Notes: a model not told the origin generated them from the letters alone. Shown: positions 29,608-39,783, counted from the stretch's first letter. The stretch: DNA of 52,238 bases from Dehalococcoidia bacterium (GCA_003552125.1 PUON01000009.1:1-52238); one strand, 5' to 3'. A program made the numbers and translations.

Positions 29608-31032
29608 TCAGGATCGGCGTTGTGTCACAAGCGCGATCGCCCGTGCCGCTCGCGCCATCGTCGGGAAGACCGGGATACCAGCATCCAGCAGCTGTTCTTC
29701 GGCCTCCACGCGGTGATGTTCCGTCGAACCTCCCGGTAGTACGATTACGAGAGGCTTCCCGATATGCCGTGGCAGCTCCCTCAGAAACGCGTTCACGTCA
29801 CGTGTTTCGGGCACGCCCAGGAAAGAATGCATAATATCCACGTCTTCCTGAATAATCAGAAGATCGGAAGAGGGGTCTGACGCCACGATGCGGATGGCTT
29901 CGTACAGGGTTTCCAGACCTCTGAACTGTGCGGGGCTGACATCTACGGGATTCCGCAGGATGCTGCCGACCTCTCCTATGAGTTCGACGAGCTTCTGCCT
30001 TGTCTCGGGATGGAGTAGCGGCACAGGAATTCCGTTGTCAGCGCAGGCGTCGCTCCCGGACACCGATATTCCGCCGCCCCCATCGGCAAGTCCGCCAACT
30101 ATACTGACTCCCCGGCTTCGAATCGGCCCGAGCTGCTGTAGCAACAGTAGACAATCGCTGAGTTCCTCCAGGTTTGATGCCTCGATGGCGCCAGCCTGGC
30201 GTAGCATGGCCGACCATATGGGGGCGGAGCTTGCCAGAGAGCCCGTATGAGAGCGGGCCGCCTCGGCTCCTGCCTCGGTGCGTCCTCCCTTCCATATCAC
30301 GGTTGGCTTGACAGCAGTTGCCTCACATAGCGCCGTGAATAACCTGCTGCCATTTCTCGTGCCCTCCAGGTAGGCTCCAATCACGTGTGTATCGTCGTCA
30401 TTGGCGTAGTACCTCAGGAAGTCGCTCGCATCCAGATCGATACTGTTGCCAACACTCACTCCCTTGGCGAATCGCATATTGCGGGCGATACCGTATTCGA
30501 CCAGTTTCGCCGCGATGCCACCGCTTTGGGAAACGAAGCTGACATGGCCCGGACTACCGGTCTTGCCGAGGGGGGAGGGTCCGAGCGAAATGCCGGACTT
30601 GGGGCAGAAACTGCCGATGCAGTTTGGGCCGATTATGCGCAACCCTGCGCTGCGAGCCCGTTCAATCATAGCTCGTTCAAGTGCGTCACCATCCGCTGAA
30701 CGTGTCTCACTGAATCCGGCCGTGAAGAACTGCACCACCCGGACTCCCTTGGCAATGCACTCGTCGACGAGTTTGAGTGCGGAGCGGGCCGGAATAGAGG
30801 CTATCACGCATTCGACATCACCTGGGATGGCCGAGAGGCTGGTGAAAACTTCCATTCCCCCAATGCTGCCCCCGCCGGAACTCACCGGGTACAGTATCCC
30901 TCTGTAGCCTGCAGCCTTCAATCCGAGCACCCACTTGGCTCCGGACTTCCGCTTATCCGAAGAGGCGCCTACGACCGCGATTGACCGGGGGTGGAAGACC
31001 CCATCCAGCTCATGTCTTGCGTCGCTCAGCAT
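29608..31032 (-). CDS. NDP-forming acyl-CoA synthetase alpha subunit (CoA-binding)
   Basis: PRSIAVVGAS, TAGFSE, RIIGPNCIG, SQSGG and ARSHTGSLA (phospho-His); no ATP-grasp domain. Confidence 0.9.
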   Translation of the reverse strand: MLSDARHELDGVFHPRSIAVVGASSDKRKSGAKWVLGLKAAGYRGILYPVSSGGGSIGGMEVFTSLSAIPGDVECVIASIPARSALKLVDECIAKGVRVVQFFTAGFSETRSADGDALERAMIERARSAGLRIIGPNCIGSFCPKSGISLGPSPLGKTGSPGHVSFVSQSGGIAAKLVEYGIARNMRFAKGVSVGNSIDLDASDFLRYYANDDDTHVIGAYLEGTRNGSRLFTALCEATAVKPTVIWKGGRTEAGAEAARSHTGSLASSAPIWSAMLRQAGAIEASNLEELSDCLLLLQQLGPIRSRGVSIVGGLADGGGGISVSGSDACADNGIPVPLLHPETRQKLVELIGEVGSILRNPVDVSPAQFRGLETLYEAIRIVASDPSSDLLIIQEDVDIMHSFLGVPETRDVNAFLRELPRHIGKPLVIVLPGGSTEHHRVEAEEQLLDAGIPVFPTMARAARAIALVTQRRS

Positions 31033-31175
31033 GTGTCCTTTTTCCTATGGGCCGTATCCGGACGTGCGCAAGTCTACCAGAACTGTGTCGGCCGATGCCT
31101 TGTTCTCCTCGAATTGACACAAACCCTCTTGTCAGAGAATATGTTCGTGCGCATCAGGTGCGACAGGAGGAATGA

Positions 31176-32591
31176 ATGGCGACGATCGCTCAGCAGATGA
31201 AACTCTTCATGGAGCCACAATCCATAACCGCAATAGGAATCTCACGTCAGACGGGTGCCAATGCCTACAACCTGCTGGAGAACCTTCTGGCGTACGGGTA
31301 TCCCGGCCGGTTGTATCCCGTGAATCCGAACGCGACCGATATACTTGGCGTGAGGACTTACGCGAGTGTAGCCGATGTTCCTGAGGTTTCAGATCTCGGA
31401 GTTATCAGCCTGCCTCGTCATCTGGTGCTTCCTGTGGTGGCTGATTGTATAAGCAAGGGCATCCAAGCGCTTGTGATCGTGACACAGGGATTTGCCGATG
31501 CCGATGATGTTGAGGGTCACCGGCTTCAGCGCGAGCTTGTCGAAATGGCACAGGGGACGGGTACGCGCATACTGGGACCGAATACGTTTGGCGTGGCCAA
31601 TGCCGGTCTGCACATGAGCACGTCCTACATTCGCATACCGATGGAGGCCAATGGCGTCGGCACTATATCTCAGACCGGTGGGACGTTTGTTGGCCTGACC
31701 GATGTCAGGCTCGCAGGGAAGGTCATCGACATCGGCGACGCATGTGACGTGGATGTCGTGGACTGCCTGCACTACTTTGAACAGGACGACGACACACGGG
31801 TAGTTGTGCTGCACATCGAGGGTATGCCTCATGCGAGGGAGTTTCTGAAGGTAGCGCACCGTGTGGTGATGAACAAGCCCGTTCTCGCCCTGAAGGTTGG
31901 CCGCACCGAGCAGACAGCGCGAGCCGTCCAGTCACACACGGGGGCGATGGCAGGCAGCGATCTGTTGTGGGACGTCGCGCTTCGGGACGCGGGAGTAATC
32001 CGGGTTGATGACGTGGAGGAGCTTTCCGATGCAATCCGGGCGTTTCTGACGCTACCGCCGCCCAAAGGTCCAGGCATAGGCATCACCACGTATACTGGCG
32101 GCTTCGGCATTATCGCTGCGGATGCGTGTGCTCGAAATGGGATGGACCTGGTGCAGTTCATGGGGCCCACGATGGAGGGACTGAGGGCACTCTCTCCCAA
32201 ATGGCTTGGTGTTGGCAACCCGGTAGACATATGGCCTGGCGTATCGATAATGGGGCACCCACGGCGTGAGATGGAGACCGCGGCGTTGCGGCTGGTTCTC
32301 TCTGACCCGGGTGTGCACGCTGCTATGGCGGTCATAAGCGCATATCAGCCTCACCTTGGCGAGGAGCACTTACCGATGATTCAGGAAGTGGCTCGCGATT
32401 TCCCGGACAAGCCCTTTGTGTATTTCATGTACGGACTGCACTTCGATGAAGTGCGCCGCTCACTTGAGAGTAGCGGTACAACGCTCGCCTTTCCCAGCCC
32501 TGAGCGGGCGGCACGTGCGTTGATGCACCTGAAACGCCGCGCACACTACCTGGCGCGCCAGTTAGAAATCAAGCGATCAGGATCCGCGTGA
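31176..32591 (+). CDS. NDP-forming acyl-CoA synthetase alpha subunit (second paralogue)
   Basis: YPVNP, TQGFAD, RILGPNTFG, SQTGG, QSHTGAMAG and NPVD; AGGAGG RBS. Confidence 0.9.
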   Translation: MATIAQQMKLFMEPQSITAIGISRQTGANAYNLLENLLAYGYPGRLYPVNPNATDILGVRTYASVADVPEVSDLGVISLPRHLVLPVVADCISKGIQALVIVTQGFADADDVEGHRLQRELVEMAQGTGTRILGPNTFGVANAGLHMSTSYIRIPMEANGVGTISQTGGTFVGLTDVRLAGKVIDIGDACDVDVVDCLHYFEQDDDTRVVVLHIEGMPHAREFLKVAHRVVMNKPVLALKVGRTEQTARAVQSHTGAMAGSDLLWDVALRDAGVIRVDDVEELSDAIRAFLTLPPPKGPGIGITTYTGGFGIIAADACARNGMDLVQFMGPTMEGLRALSPKWLGVGNPVDIWPGVSIMGHPRREMETAALRLVLSDPGVHAAMAVISAYQPHLGEEHLPMIQEVARDFPDKPFVYFMYGLHFDEVRRSLESSGTTLAFPSPERAARALMHLKRRAHYLARQLEIKRSGSA

Positions 32592-33593
32592 CTGTCGCAC
32601 GGTACGAGCCATCGTCGCCGCAAGCTTGATGGCTTCTATCATGCTTGTCGGGTCGGCTGTGCCCTTGCCGGCCTTCCCGAAAACTGTACCGTGGTCGACG
32701 GACGTCCTGATGATGGGCAGTCCCAGCGAGACGTTGACGCCTTTCTCGAAGCCGACCATCTTAATCGGGATGTGTCCCTGGTCATGGTACATCGCGATTG
32801 CAAGATCGAACTCGCCGCGGAAGGCCCTCAGGAATGCCGTATCAGGAGGCAGTGGACCTCTCACGTTGTAGCCCTGTGCCTGTGCCTCTTCGATTGCGGG
32901 GATGATGTGGGTGACTTCCTCATCCCCGAACAATCCGCCCTCGCCCGAATGTGGATTCAGACCGGGGATAACGACACGGGGGTGCTCAACCCCCATTGAC
33001 TTCGTTGCATCCACACCAAGCCGCAAAACCTCGAGAATACGTTCCTTGTTCACCAGGTCGCATGACTCGCGCAGAGAAACATGTGTGGACACGTGGGCGA
33101 TGCGCAGGTTATCCGCAGCCAGCATCATTACCGCGTCGCTGACACCACAGAGATGGGCGAGTATCTGCGTGTGACCCGGAAAGTGGTATCCGGCCTGGTT
33201 GAGTGCGTCCTTGTTGAGTGGTGCGGTCACAATCGCATCGGTCTTTCCCTCAATAGTCAGGGCTGTACCACGCTCAACAGCATCGTAGGCGGCTTTGCCT
33301 GCAGTAGCCGCGACCTGACCACGAACCAGCGTTGAAAGGTCAACATCTTTCAGGTCGATGACGTTCATTACGTTTACGTCTTCGCGCATATCGTCAGGGT
33401 TGGAGATGGCGTTGATCTCCATGGGTATTCCGACGATCTCTACCGCAGCGCGCATGACGCCGGCGTCGCCGATGACGAGGCCGCGGCAGATAGGACGTAC
33501 CTCGGAGTCGTTCAGGGCCTTAACGACTATCTCCGGTCCAGCTCCGGCGGGATCTCCCATCGTGAGTGCAAGCAGGGGTACGTAGTTGTCCAT
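32577..33593 (-). CDS. pdxA: PdxA-family dehydrogenase (PdxA2, 4-phospho-threonate type)
   Basis: TMGDPAGAGPE, TAPLNK, PGHT, NPHSGE, MYHDQGHIP and RTSVDHGT. Confidence 0.95.
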   Translation of the reverse strand: MDNYVPLLALTMGDPAGAGPEIVVKALNDSEVRPICRGLVIGDAGVMRAAVEIVGIPMEINAISNPDDMREDVNVMNVIDLKDVDLSTLVRGQVAATAGKAAYDAVERGTALTIEGKTDAIVTAPLNKDALNQAGYHFPGHTQILAHLCGVSDAVMMLAADNLRIAHVSTHVSLRESCDLVNKERILEVLRLGVDATKSMGVEHPRVVIPGLNPHSGEGGLFGDEEVTHIIPAIEEAQAQGYNVRGPLPPDTAFLRAFRGEFDLAIAMYHDQGHIPIKMVGFEKGVNVSLGLPIIRTSVDHGTVFGKAGKGTADPTSMIEAIKLAATMARTVRQSRGS

Positions 33594-34837
33594 TAGTGAT
33601 CTCCTTGACTTAGGTGATGGAGTGCCTGAACCATGGCATCCTCATTTCCGAATCCTCCGGCCTTCGTGACGACGCGCAGTCCCTGGTGATTCGCTCCGAT
33701 GACTTCGCCGACGATGACTCCCGGCTGAAGGTCACCCAGTATTCGCAGTCCCTGCAGGCCATCGTCTCCACAGACCGCGCGTGCGACGTCTCCTCCGGTA
33801 AGAAACAAACCAGCAAGCCTCCCCTTGTTCAGTACTCGCAGTACGATCGCACCGAGGATGGGGGCCATCGTACGGCGCAATTGGATTGCGTAATCGCTCA
33901 GGCTTGAAGTCACCACTGCGGCGGAATGCGTCTCAAGGAGACGGAGTAGCTCGCCCGAGATCTGGTTTATTCGGGGTTCTCTGCCCGCTCTTGTCCTGAA
34001 TTCACGCGGCTCAATCCTAACCAGTGGGGGGCCGACATGGTCGATCACTCTTTGCAATTGTCTGACACTTACGTCGTTGCGGCTGCCTACCGCGAGCAAC
34101 GAGGGCCCAACCGGAGCCGATGGTATTTTGCGGCCCTGGTACGAGTAACCGAATGCAAGCGGTATTTGTGCTCCGAGCCCTCCAGATCCACAGGGCAGGC
34201 AGCTGCTGCCCAGGAGTGCGAGAGCATCTGCAATGCAGCGCAGATGGCTATCTTCTGTGGCATCCACGACGACTGCGCGACTCTCACACCCGCGTATGCG
34301 GGAGGCAAGATACGCCGGTCCACGCTGCACCTCGTCCAGCCTTAGCTTCTGCGAAGTTATTCCGGATCCAGCACGTAGCAGATCGGCGATATCGGAGTGT
34401 TTGACGGGGCTGACCGGGTCTTGCGACAGGCCTGTCTGATGCACCGGTACGCCGTCCACCAGCAGTTGGCCGTCAACAATCGTTCGCTTGCTGGCCGGAA
34501 ATGCCGGACAGACTACGGCATGATCCGCGTGCGTTACGTCGAGCAGTGCCTGCAGTTCGGCTGCTACGTTGCCACGTAGTGTGGAGTCGATCTTCTTGTA
34601 GATGTAGTAAGAGCGGAAGCGCTCGGCGACCAGCTTAACCCGCCGGTAGGCGACCCGCGACGATTCCGCGCGGCTATCGGTCGTGGCAACCATTGCGTCC
34701 GAGGAGACCTTCGCCTGGCTTGAGAACGTGATTATCGCAGATAACCCGGCCTGTGTGAGTCCAACGCCAGTGTCCATGGCACCGGTCAGGTCGTCGGCGA
34801 TTACACAAAATTGCATTCGTCGACTTGCGTTATCCAT
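33593..34837 (-). CDS. Four-carbon acid sugar kinase (DUF1537/DtnK family)
   Basis: ADDLTGAMD, YKKIDSTLRGN, PAFP...R, LTGGD.A and TKAGGFG; coupled to pdxA2. Confidence 0.93.
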   Translation of the reverse strand: MDNASRRMQFCVIADDLTGAMDTGVGLTQAGLSAIITFSSQAKVSSDAMVATTDSRAESSRVAYRRVKLVAERFRSYYIYKKIDSTLRGNVAAELQALLDVTHADHAVVCPAFPASKRTIVDGQLLVDGVPVHQTGLSQDPVSPVKHSDIADLLRAGSGITSQKLRLDEVQRGPAYLASRIRGCESRAVVVDATEDSHLRCIADALALLGSSCLPCGSGGLGAQIPLAFGYSYQGRKIPSAPVGPSLLAVGSRNDVSVRQLQRVIDHVGPPLVRIEPREFRTRAGREPRINQISGELLRLLETHSAAVVTSSLSDYAIQLRRTMAPILGAIVLRVLNKGRLAGLFLTGGDVARAVCGDDGLQGLRILGDLQPGVIVGEVIGANHQGLRVVTKAGGFGNEDAMVQALHHLSQGDH

Positions 34838-34848
34838 TTGTGCCCACT

Positions 34849-34877
34849 ACTGTAGACGGCGCTAGCCACGCTGTCAA
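34849..34877 (-). promoter_or_regulatory. sigma70-type promoter for the kinase-pdxA2 operon
   Basis: TTGACA-N17-TACAGT on the minus strand, 11 nt before the ATG. Confidence 0.55.
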
Positions 34878-34961
34878 TGTCACAATTGTATGGCGTATAC
34901 TCAATAGTGAGGGCCTTGAGGTCCTCTCATCCGATTACTTTCGATCAAGGAGGACGCACGT

Positions 34962-36104
34962 ATGATGGATGTACTGCTTACTGAGCAGGAGAAGATGTTT
35001 CAGCGCCAGATGAGGGATTTCGTCGAGAATGAGATCACCCCGTGCGCAGACGAATGGGATCGACGCAATGAACTGGCGTACGAAGCATTCCTGAAGATGA
35101 AAGATGTGGGGCTTACCGGACTGACCATCCCGGAGAAATATGATGGGCAGGGTGGGTCCTTCATGGACGCATTTCTGGCCTCTGTTGAACTGGCACGGGC
35201 AAGCATCTCGGTCGCCTCCATATTCGGGACCCACGTTGGTTTGGCGCTGAGCGGTCTCTATCACTTTGGAAATGAGGAACAGCGGCAGCGGTTCGTGGTG
35301 CCGGCGGCAAGAGGTGAGAAGCTTTGCGCCTATGGGCTCACCGAGCGTGAGGCGAGCAGCGATATCTCGCGCATGAGCACGGTGGCCCGCCGCGAAGGGG
35401 ATGAGTGGGTCATAAATGGTGCGAAGTGTTTCATCTCCAACGGCGACAAGGCGGATATCGTGCTGACGTTTGCGACCGTAGACAGAGACCTTGGCAGCAA
35501 GGGAATCACTGCGTTCGTCATCGAGAAGGGGATGCCCGGCTTCTCAATTGGCAAAGTTGAGGACAAACTCGGCATCAGGGCTGAGAGCGTGGCTGAACTC
35601 ATATTCGACGAAGTGCGCATACCGGTGGCAAACCAGATTGGTGAGGTGGGCAAAGGTATGCGAATCGCACTCTCCATTCTGGATGAAGGCAGGCTTGATG
35701 TATCCGGTCAGGGGGTTGGCGTTGCCTCCGCGGCACTGGATGCCGCTATCGAGTACTCGAAACAGCGGCAGCAGTTCGGTCAGCCCATCAGCCAGTTCCA
35801 GGGAATACAGTGGATGCTTGTCGACATGGCCAATGAGGTCGACGCCGCGTGGCTGATGGCCTATCGGGCGGCACGCCTCGCGGACAGCGGGGAGCGTTTC
35901 ACCAAAGAAGTCGCTCAGGCGAAGTTGTTTGCTGCGAACGCAGCCATGGATGTGACGCGCAAGTCGCTGCAGATCCACGGGGGCTACGGCTTCATGAAGG
36001 ATCTCCCCATCGAGAGGTACTACCGCGACGCTAAGATTCTCGAGATTTACGAGGGTACCAGTGAGGTTCAGCGCCTGGTCATCTCCCGGGCACTTCTCTC
36101 TTAA
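34962..36104 (+). CDS. Acyl-CoA dehydrogenase
   Basis: LTE..ASSD, NGAKCFISNG, EDKLGIRA, RQQFGQPI and QIHGGYG...ERYYRDAKILEIYEGTSEVQR. Confidence 0.96.
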   Translation: MMDVLLTEQEKMFQRQMRDFVENEITPCADEWDRRNELAYEAFLKMKDVGLTGLTIPEKYDGQGGSFMDAFLASVELARASISVASIFGTHVGLALSGLYHFGNEEQRQRFVVPAARGEKLCAYGLTEREASSDISRMSTVARREGDEWVINGAKCFISNGDKADIVLTFATVDRDLGSKGITAFVIEKGMPGFSIGKVEDKLGIRAESVAELIFDEVRIPVANQIGEVGKGMRIALSILDEGRLDVSGQGVGVASAALDAAIEYSKQRQQFGQPISQFQGIQWMLVDMANEVDAAWLMAYRAARLADSGERFTKEVAQAKLFAANAAMDVTRKSLQIHGGYGFMKDLPIERYYRDAKILEIYEGTSEVQRLVISRALLS

Positions 36105-36120
36105 ACGGAGTATCCAGAGG

Positions 36121-37821
36121 CTACGCGACTACCCGGAACTGGTTGACGTCGACGACGCCCAGATCGGTGACGCGTAGCTCCGGAATCACCGGAAGAGCGA
36201 GGAACGAGAGCAACGAAAAGGGTGCTGGAGGCAGCGTGCCGAGGTTGCGCGCTGCTTCCTCCACCCGCCTCTGATTTTCGAGAACCGTTACCAGCGGATC
36301 GGGAGACAGCAGGCCTGCGATTGGCAGCGACAGTGCAGCCTTGACCTCACCGTCCGCAAACACTATTAGCCCTCCCCGGCCGTGGATCAGCGCTTCTATC
36401 GCACCAATGATGTCATCATCCGTCACGCCAACACAGACGATGTTGTGGGAGTCGTGCGCTACCGAACTGGCAAGCGCACCACGCTGAAGCCCGAAGCCAG
36501 TCACGAACCCCTTTCCCACATTACCCGTGGCGTGATGACGCTCGATCACCACAAGCTTCACGATATCGCGTGTGGTGTCTGAGACGAATGAGTTGCCGGA
36601 GATTTCCGGGGTGTCCATACGCGCGCGCGTCACTATCTGGCCGGGCACCAGCTCGATCACCGGGAATCGGTCCGCTGTTCGGGGGATATCCAGCGTTCCA
36701 GCCGTGAGGGGCGCCGCACGCATGGTATCCGTCAATTCAGGCGCCACGGTGGAGAACGAGAACTGCGGTCTTCCGCCCTGTGCAACAAGCCGACCTGCGT
36801 GCATTACGAGGTCGACGTCGAAACGATGCAGGTCATGTACTGTAATGAGATGCGCCGTCATGCCGGGGGCTATGGCTCCCCTGTCGTAGAGGCGGAAGTA
36901 TCGCGCGGGGTTGATCGTGGCCATCTGCAGTGCCCGCACCGGCTCCATTCCCAGTGAGATCGCCTTTCGTACCACGTGGTCCAGGTCCCCCTCGTACGCC
37001 AGGTCTGCCGCGCTTCTGTCGTCGACCACCAGCATGCATCGGTCGAATACATCCTGAGTGACCGCAGGGAGGAGGGCCTCCAGATTCTTCTCCGAGGAGC
37101 CCTCACGGATCATGAGGTACATTCCCTTTTGCAGTTTCTCCTGCGCTTCTTCCAGTGTGGTGCACTCGTGATCCGACATAATGCCCGCAGCAAGGTATGC
37201 CGTAAGGTCCGGTCCGCGCAAACCCGGAGCATGTCCGTCTATCGGCCGACCACTGGCAGCATCCAGCTTGTCGATGACATCGGGCATGCCGCCGAGCACA
37301 CCAGGGTAGTTCATGACCTCTCCGAGACCAATGACGCCGGGTTTTTCCAGCAGCATCCGGATAGCAGCAGCATCCAGCACTGCACCGGAAGATTCCAGTG
37401 GAGAGGAGGGGACGCAGGATGGCGCCATGAATCGCATATCCAGGGGAAGCCTCTGGCTCCAGCGCATGCAGAACTCGATACCGTCGGTTCCGCATACATT
37501 GGCGATTTCGTGCAGATCGGTGATCAAGGTCAGGGTTCCGCGCGGTACCACGGCTTCGGCATAGCGGGCCGGATGCAGCATGGAGCTCTCGATGTGTGTA
37601 TGCCCATCTATAAGTGCCGGCAGGAGAAAGACTCCATCAAGGTCGATGTGCTCGACTGCGTCCCTGTAGCGGCCTATTCCGGCGATGGCGCCGCCATATA
37701 TGGCTACATCACCATGGCGGATCATGCCAGCGAGCGTGTCTACGATCTGGGCGTTGTGCAGGATGAGGTCTGCCGGCCGTGCTCCCCTTGCGACTTGTAT
37801 GCGTTCAGCAGTTGTCGTCAT
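36121..37821 (-). CDS. ade: Adenine deaminase (AdeC type)
   Basis: IDGHTHIESS, HEIANV, GEVMNYP, DGHAP, SDHEC, IREGS and AHDSHN; start MTTTAE with GGAGG RBS. Confidence 0.96.
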   Translation of the reverse strand: MTTTAERIQVARGARPADLILHNAQIVDTLAGMIRHGDVAIYGGAIAGIGRYRDAVEHIDLDGVFLLPALIDGHTHIESSMLHPARYAEAVVPRGTLTLITDLHEIANVCGTDGIEFCMRWSQRLPLDMRFMAPSCVPSSPLESSGAVLDAAAIRMLLEKPGVIGLGEVMNYPGVLGGMPDVIDKLDAASGRPIDGHAPGLRGPDLTAYLAAGIMSDHECTTLEEAQEKLQKGMYLMIREGSSEKNLEALLPAVTQDVFDRCMLVVDDRSAADLAYEGDLDHVVRKAISLGMEPVRALQMATINPARYFRLYDRGAIAPGMTAHLITVHDLHRFDVDLVMHAGRLVAQGGRPQFSFSTVAPELTDTMRAAPLTAGTLDIPRTADRFPVIELVPGQIVTRARMDTPEISGNSFVSDTTRDIVKLVVIERHHATGNVGKGFVTGFGLQRGALASSVAHDSHNIVCVGVTDDDIIGAIEALIHGRGGLIVFADGEVKAALSLPIAGLLSPDPLVTVLENQRRVEEAARNLGTLPPAPFSLLSFLALPVIPELRVTDLGVVDVNQFRVVA

Positions 37822-38356
37822 ATTCCTCCAGCGCGTACATGTCGGGCAGGTAGCGGAATCGGTTGTCGTAATCCAATCCGTAACCGACGATGAACCTATC
37901 GGGGACGGTGAACCCGAGGTAGTCGATGGCCACGTTGTGCGTACGTCGCGATGGCTTGTCGGCAAGGGCGCAAAGCCTCACGTTCCGTGCTCCTCTCACC
38001 TTGAGGTGTTCGAGCAGGAAACACAACGTATAACCGGTGTCGACGATATCCTCGATCACAAGTACGTCCTTCCCCTTAAGATCAGTAGTGATGTCCTGAT
38101 GCACTGTTATGGTTCCTGAGCTTTCGGTGCCGTCGTTATAGCTGGAGACGGTGATGAAATTGATCTCAAGGGGCATATTGATCTGTCGCACCAGGTCCGC
38201 CATGAAAATGAATGCGCCCTTCAGCACGCCTACGGCGACGAGGTTCTTGCCCTGGTAGTCATTAGCTATCTCAGCCGCAAGCCGGGAGACTGTTTCTTCA
38301 ATGACCCTTCGGGACACGAGGATCGTCTGAGGCATAGTCTCATGCGTGTACCTCAA
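37805..38356 (-). CDS. hpt: Hypoxanthine phosphoribosyltransferase
   Basis: VLKGAFIFMADL, VSSY, IEDIVDTGYTL and FIVGYGLDY...RYLP. Confidence 0.96.
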   Translation of the reverse strand: MRYTHETMPQTILVSRRVIEETVSRLAAEIANDYQGKNLVAVGVLKGAFIFMADLVRQINMPLEINFITVSSYNDGTESSGTITVHQDITTDLKGKDVLVIEDIVDTGYTLCFLLEHLKVRGARNVRLCALADKPSRRTHNVAIDYLGFTVPDRFIVGYGLDYDNRFRYLPDMYALEEYDDNC

Positions 38357-38361
38357 CCGGA

Positions 38362-39783
38362 TTACTCCTGACGCAACACTCCGATGAAGGGCAGGTTGCG
38401 GTACTCTCCCTGGTAGTCAAGGCCATAGCCAACAACGAACTCATCAGGAATCTCGAAGCCGACGTAATCCAGTTGTACATTGGCCAGTCGCCGCTCCTTC
38501 CTGTCGAGAAGTGAGCACACGTGTAGACTCGCCGGTCGGTGCGAGGCAAGGTGAGCCAGCACATAATTGAGGGTCATTCCTGTGTCTACAATATCTTCGA
38601 CCATCAGAACATGCTCATCCGTAATCGAGCAGTCGAGATCCCGGGTTATCTTCACAATATCGCCATGGCCGCCATAGTGCGAAATGTCCATGTAGTCCAC
38701 CTTGACGGGGATGGAAATGTGCTGCATGAGATCAGACAAGAAGCACATCACACCTTTAAGCACTCCGATCATCACAATGCGTTGACCTGCATAATCCTTT
38801 GATACTCGCCTTGCCAAAGAGCGAACCCTGCGCTTAATCTGTGTCTGGCTGTACAGGATACGTCCGACGCCCTCTACCTTGGCATCGCCCAGGGGTCCGT
38901 AGCCGTACTTGGCAAGGAGGCGGGCGAAGTCCTTGCGGGTTACAAGGCGAACGTTGATGTCGGGATACAACTCTCTCAACTTGCGGACCTTTCGATTCTT
39001 TGAAGTGATGAGATCCTGCTTCATTGTGGTGAGCTCGACGTACATGTCCAACTCCGGGAGGTAGAAGTCAGGTGTGAACATCTGGGAAACGCCCTCGCCG
39101 TTCCATGCGAGGGGGAACGAACGTGGTTCGTAAAGCCACTCTATCTGGTAGAAGTCGAGCAGGTTCGCGAATTCCGCTTCGCTCTCGTGCGCGAACTCGA
39201 CGGGCTTGAGAGATGCTGCGGGCATCTCGGTGGGCAATATCTGCTTCGGCGCCGTCGCGCACGTACGTTTCACACGCTCCTTGAACTGCGAGAGTTCAGC
39301 CCGTTCGAGCACAACTGAGCAGACATGCCCGATGGTCCGAAGAAATTCCTCGTCAAGGTCAGAAAGCGAGCGTTCCTGTCTCGAGTACACGCGGACCTGT
39401 CCGATCACATCCTGGCCGCGCATTATAGGGGAGGCTATTATGGTGACAACATGTTGGGACTCGGCGATCTGCGGGTGTTGAACCCGCTCGTCGGAAGGTG
39501 CGTGCGAGACTATGGCAATCTGACCTTCAAGAACCTCCGGAAGGCTCTTGGTCGCCGCGAGTGGGCCCTTACGCAGGTAGAGGTCGCTCAAACCGAATGA
39601 GCCGATCGTCGTGAGGAAGTCGTTCTTGGGGTTAAGAAGGAGCACGCGGCACCCGGTCATGCCCATCGACTTCGCAATCACTTTGGCGATGGCATTGCAA
39701 GTGCGGCGAAGGCTGAGGCTGTCATTGGCGATGGCCGTCGCCTGCTGCAGTCCTGAGTAGTAACGCCCTTTGGACGTTGTCAC
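38362..39783 (-). CDS. GAF + PD-(D/E)xK nuclease-like + HPRT fusion protein
   Basis: aa ~20-165 GAF (FGLS..YL.KGP, SPI....VIG.VRVY); aa ~197-300 FAHESE.EFA.LLDFY.I.W.YEP..F...FTPDFYLP..D.YVELTT; aa ~308-473 HPRT (VLKG, VEDIVDTGMTL, FVVGYGLDY..EYRNLP). One continuous ORF. Confidence 0.85.
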   Translation of the reverse strand: MTTSKGRYYSGLQQATAIANDSLSLRRTCNAIAKVIAKSMGMTGCRVLLLNPKNDFLTTIGSFGLSDLYLRKGPLAATKSLPEVLEGQIAIVSHAPSDERVQHPQIAESQHVVTIIASPIMRGQDVIGQVRVYSRQERSLSDLDEEFLRTIGHVCSVVLERAELSQFKERVKRTCATAPKQILPTEMPAASLKPVEFAHESEAEFANLLDFYQIEWLYEPRSFPLAWNGEGVSQMFTPDFYLPELDMYVELTTMKQDLITSKNRKVRKLRELYPDINVRLVTRKDFARLLAKYGYGPLGDAKVEGVGRILYSQTQIKRRVRSLARRVSKDYAGQRIVMIGVLKGVMCFLSDLMQHISIPVKVDYMDISHYGGHGDIVKITRDLDCSITDEHVLMVEDIVDTGMTLNYVLAHLASHRPASLHVCSLLDRKERRLANVQLDYVGFEIPDEFVVGYGLDYQGEYRNLPFIGVLRQE

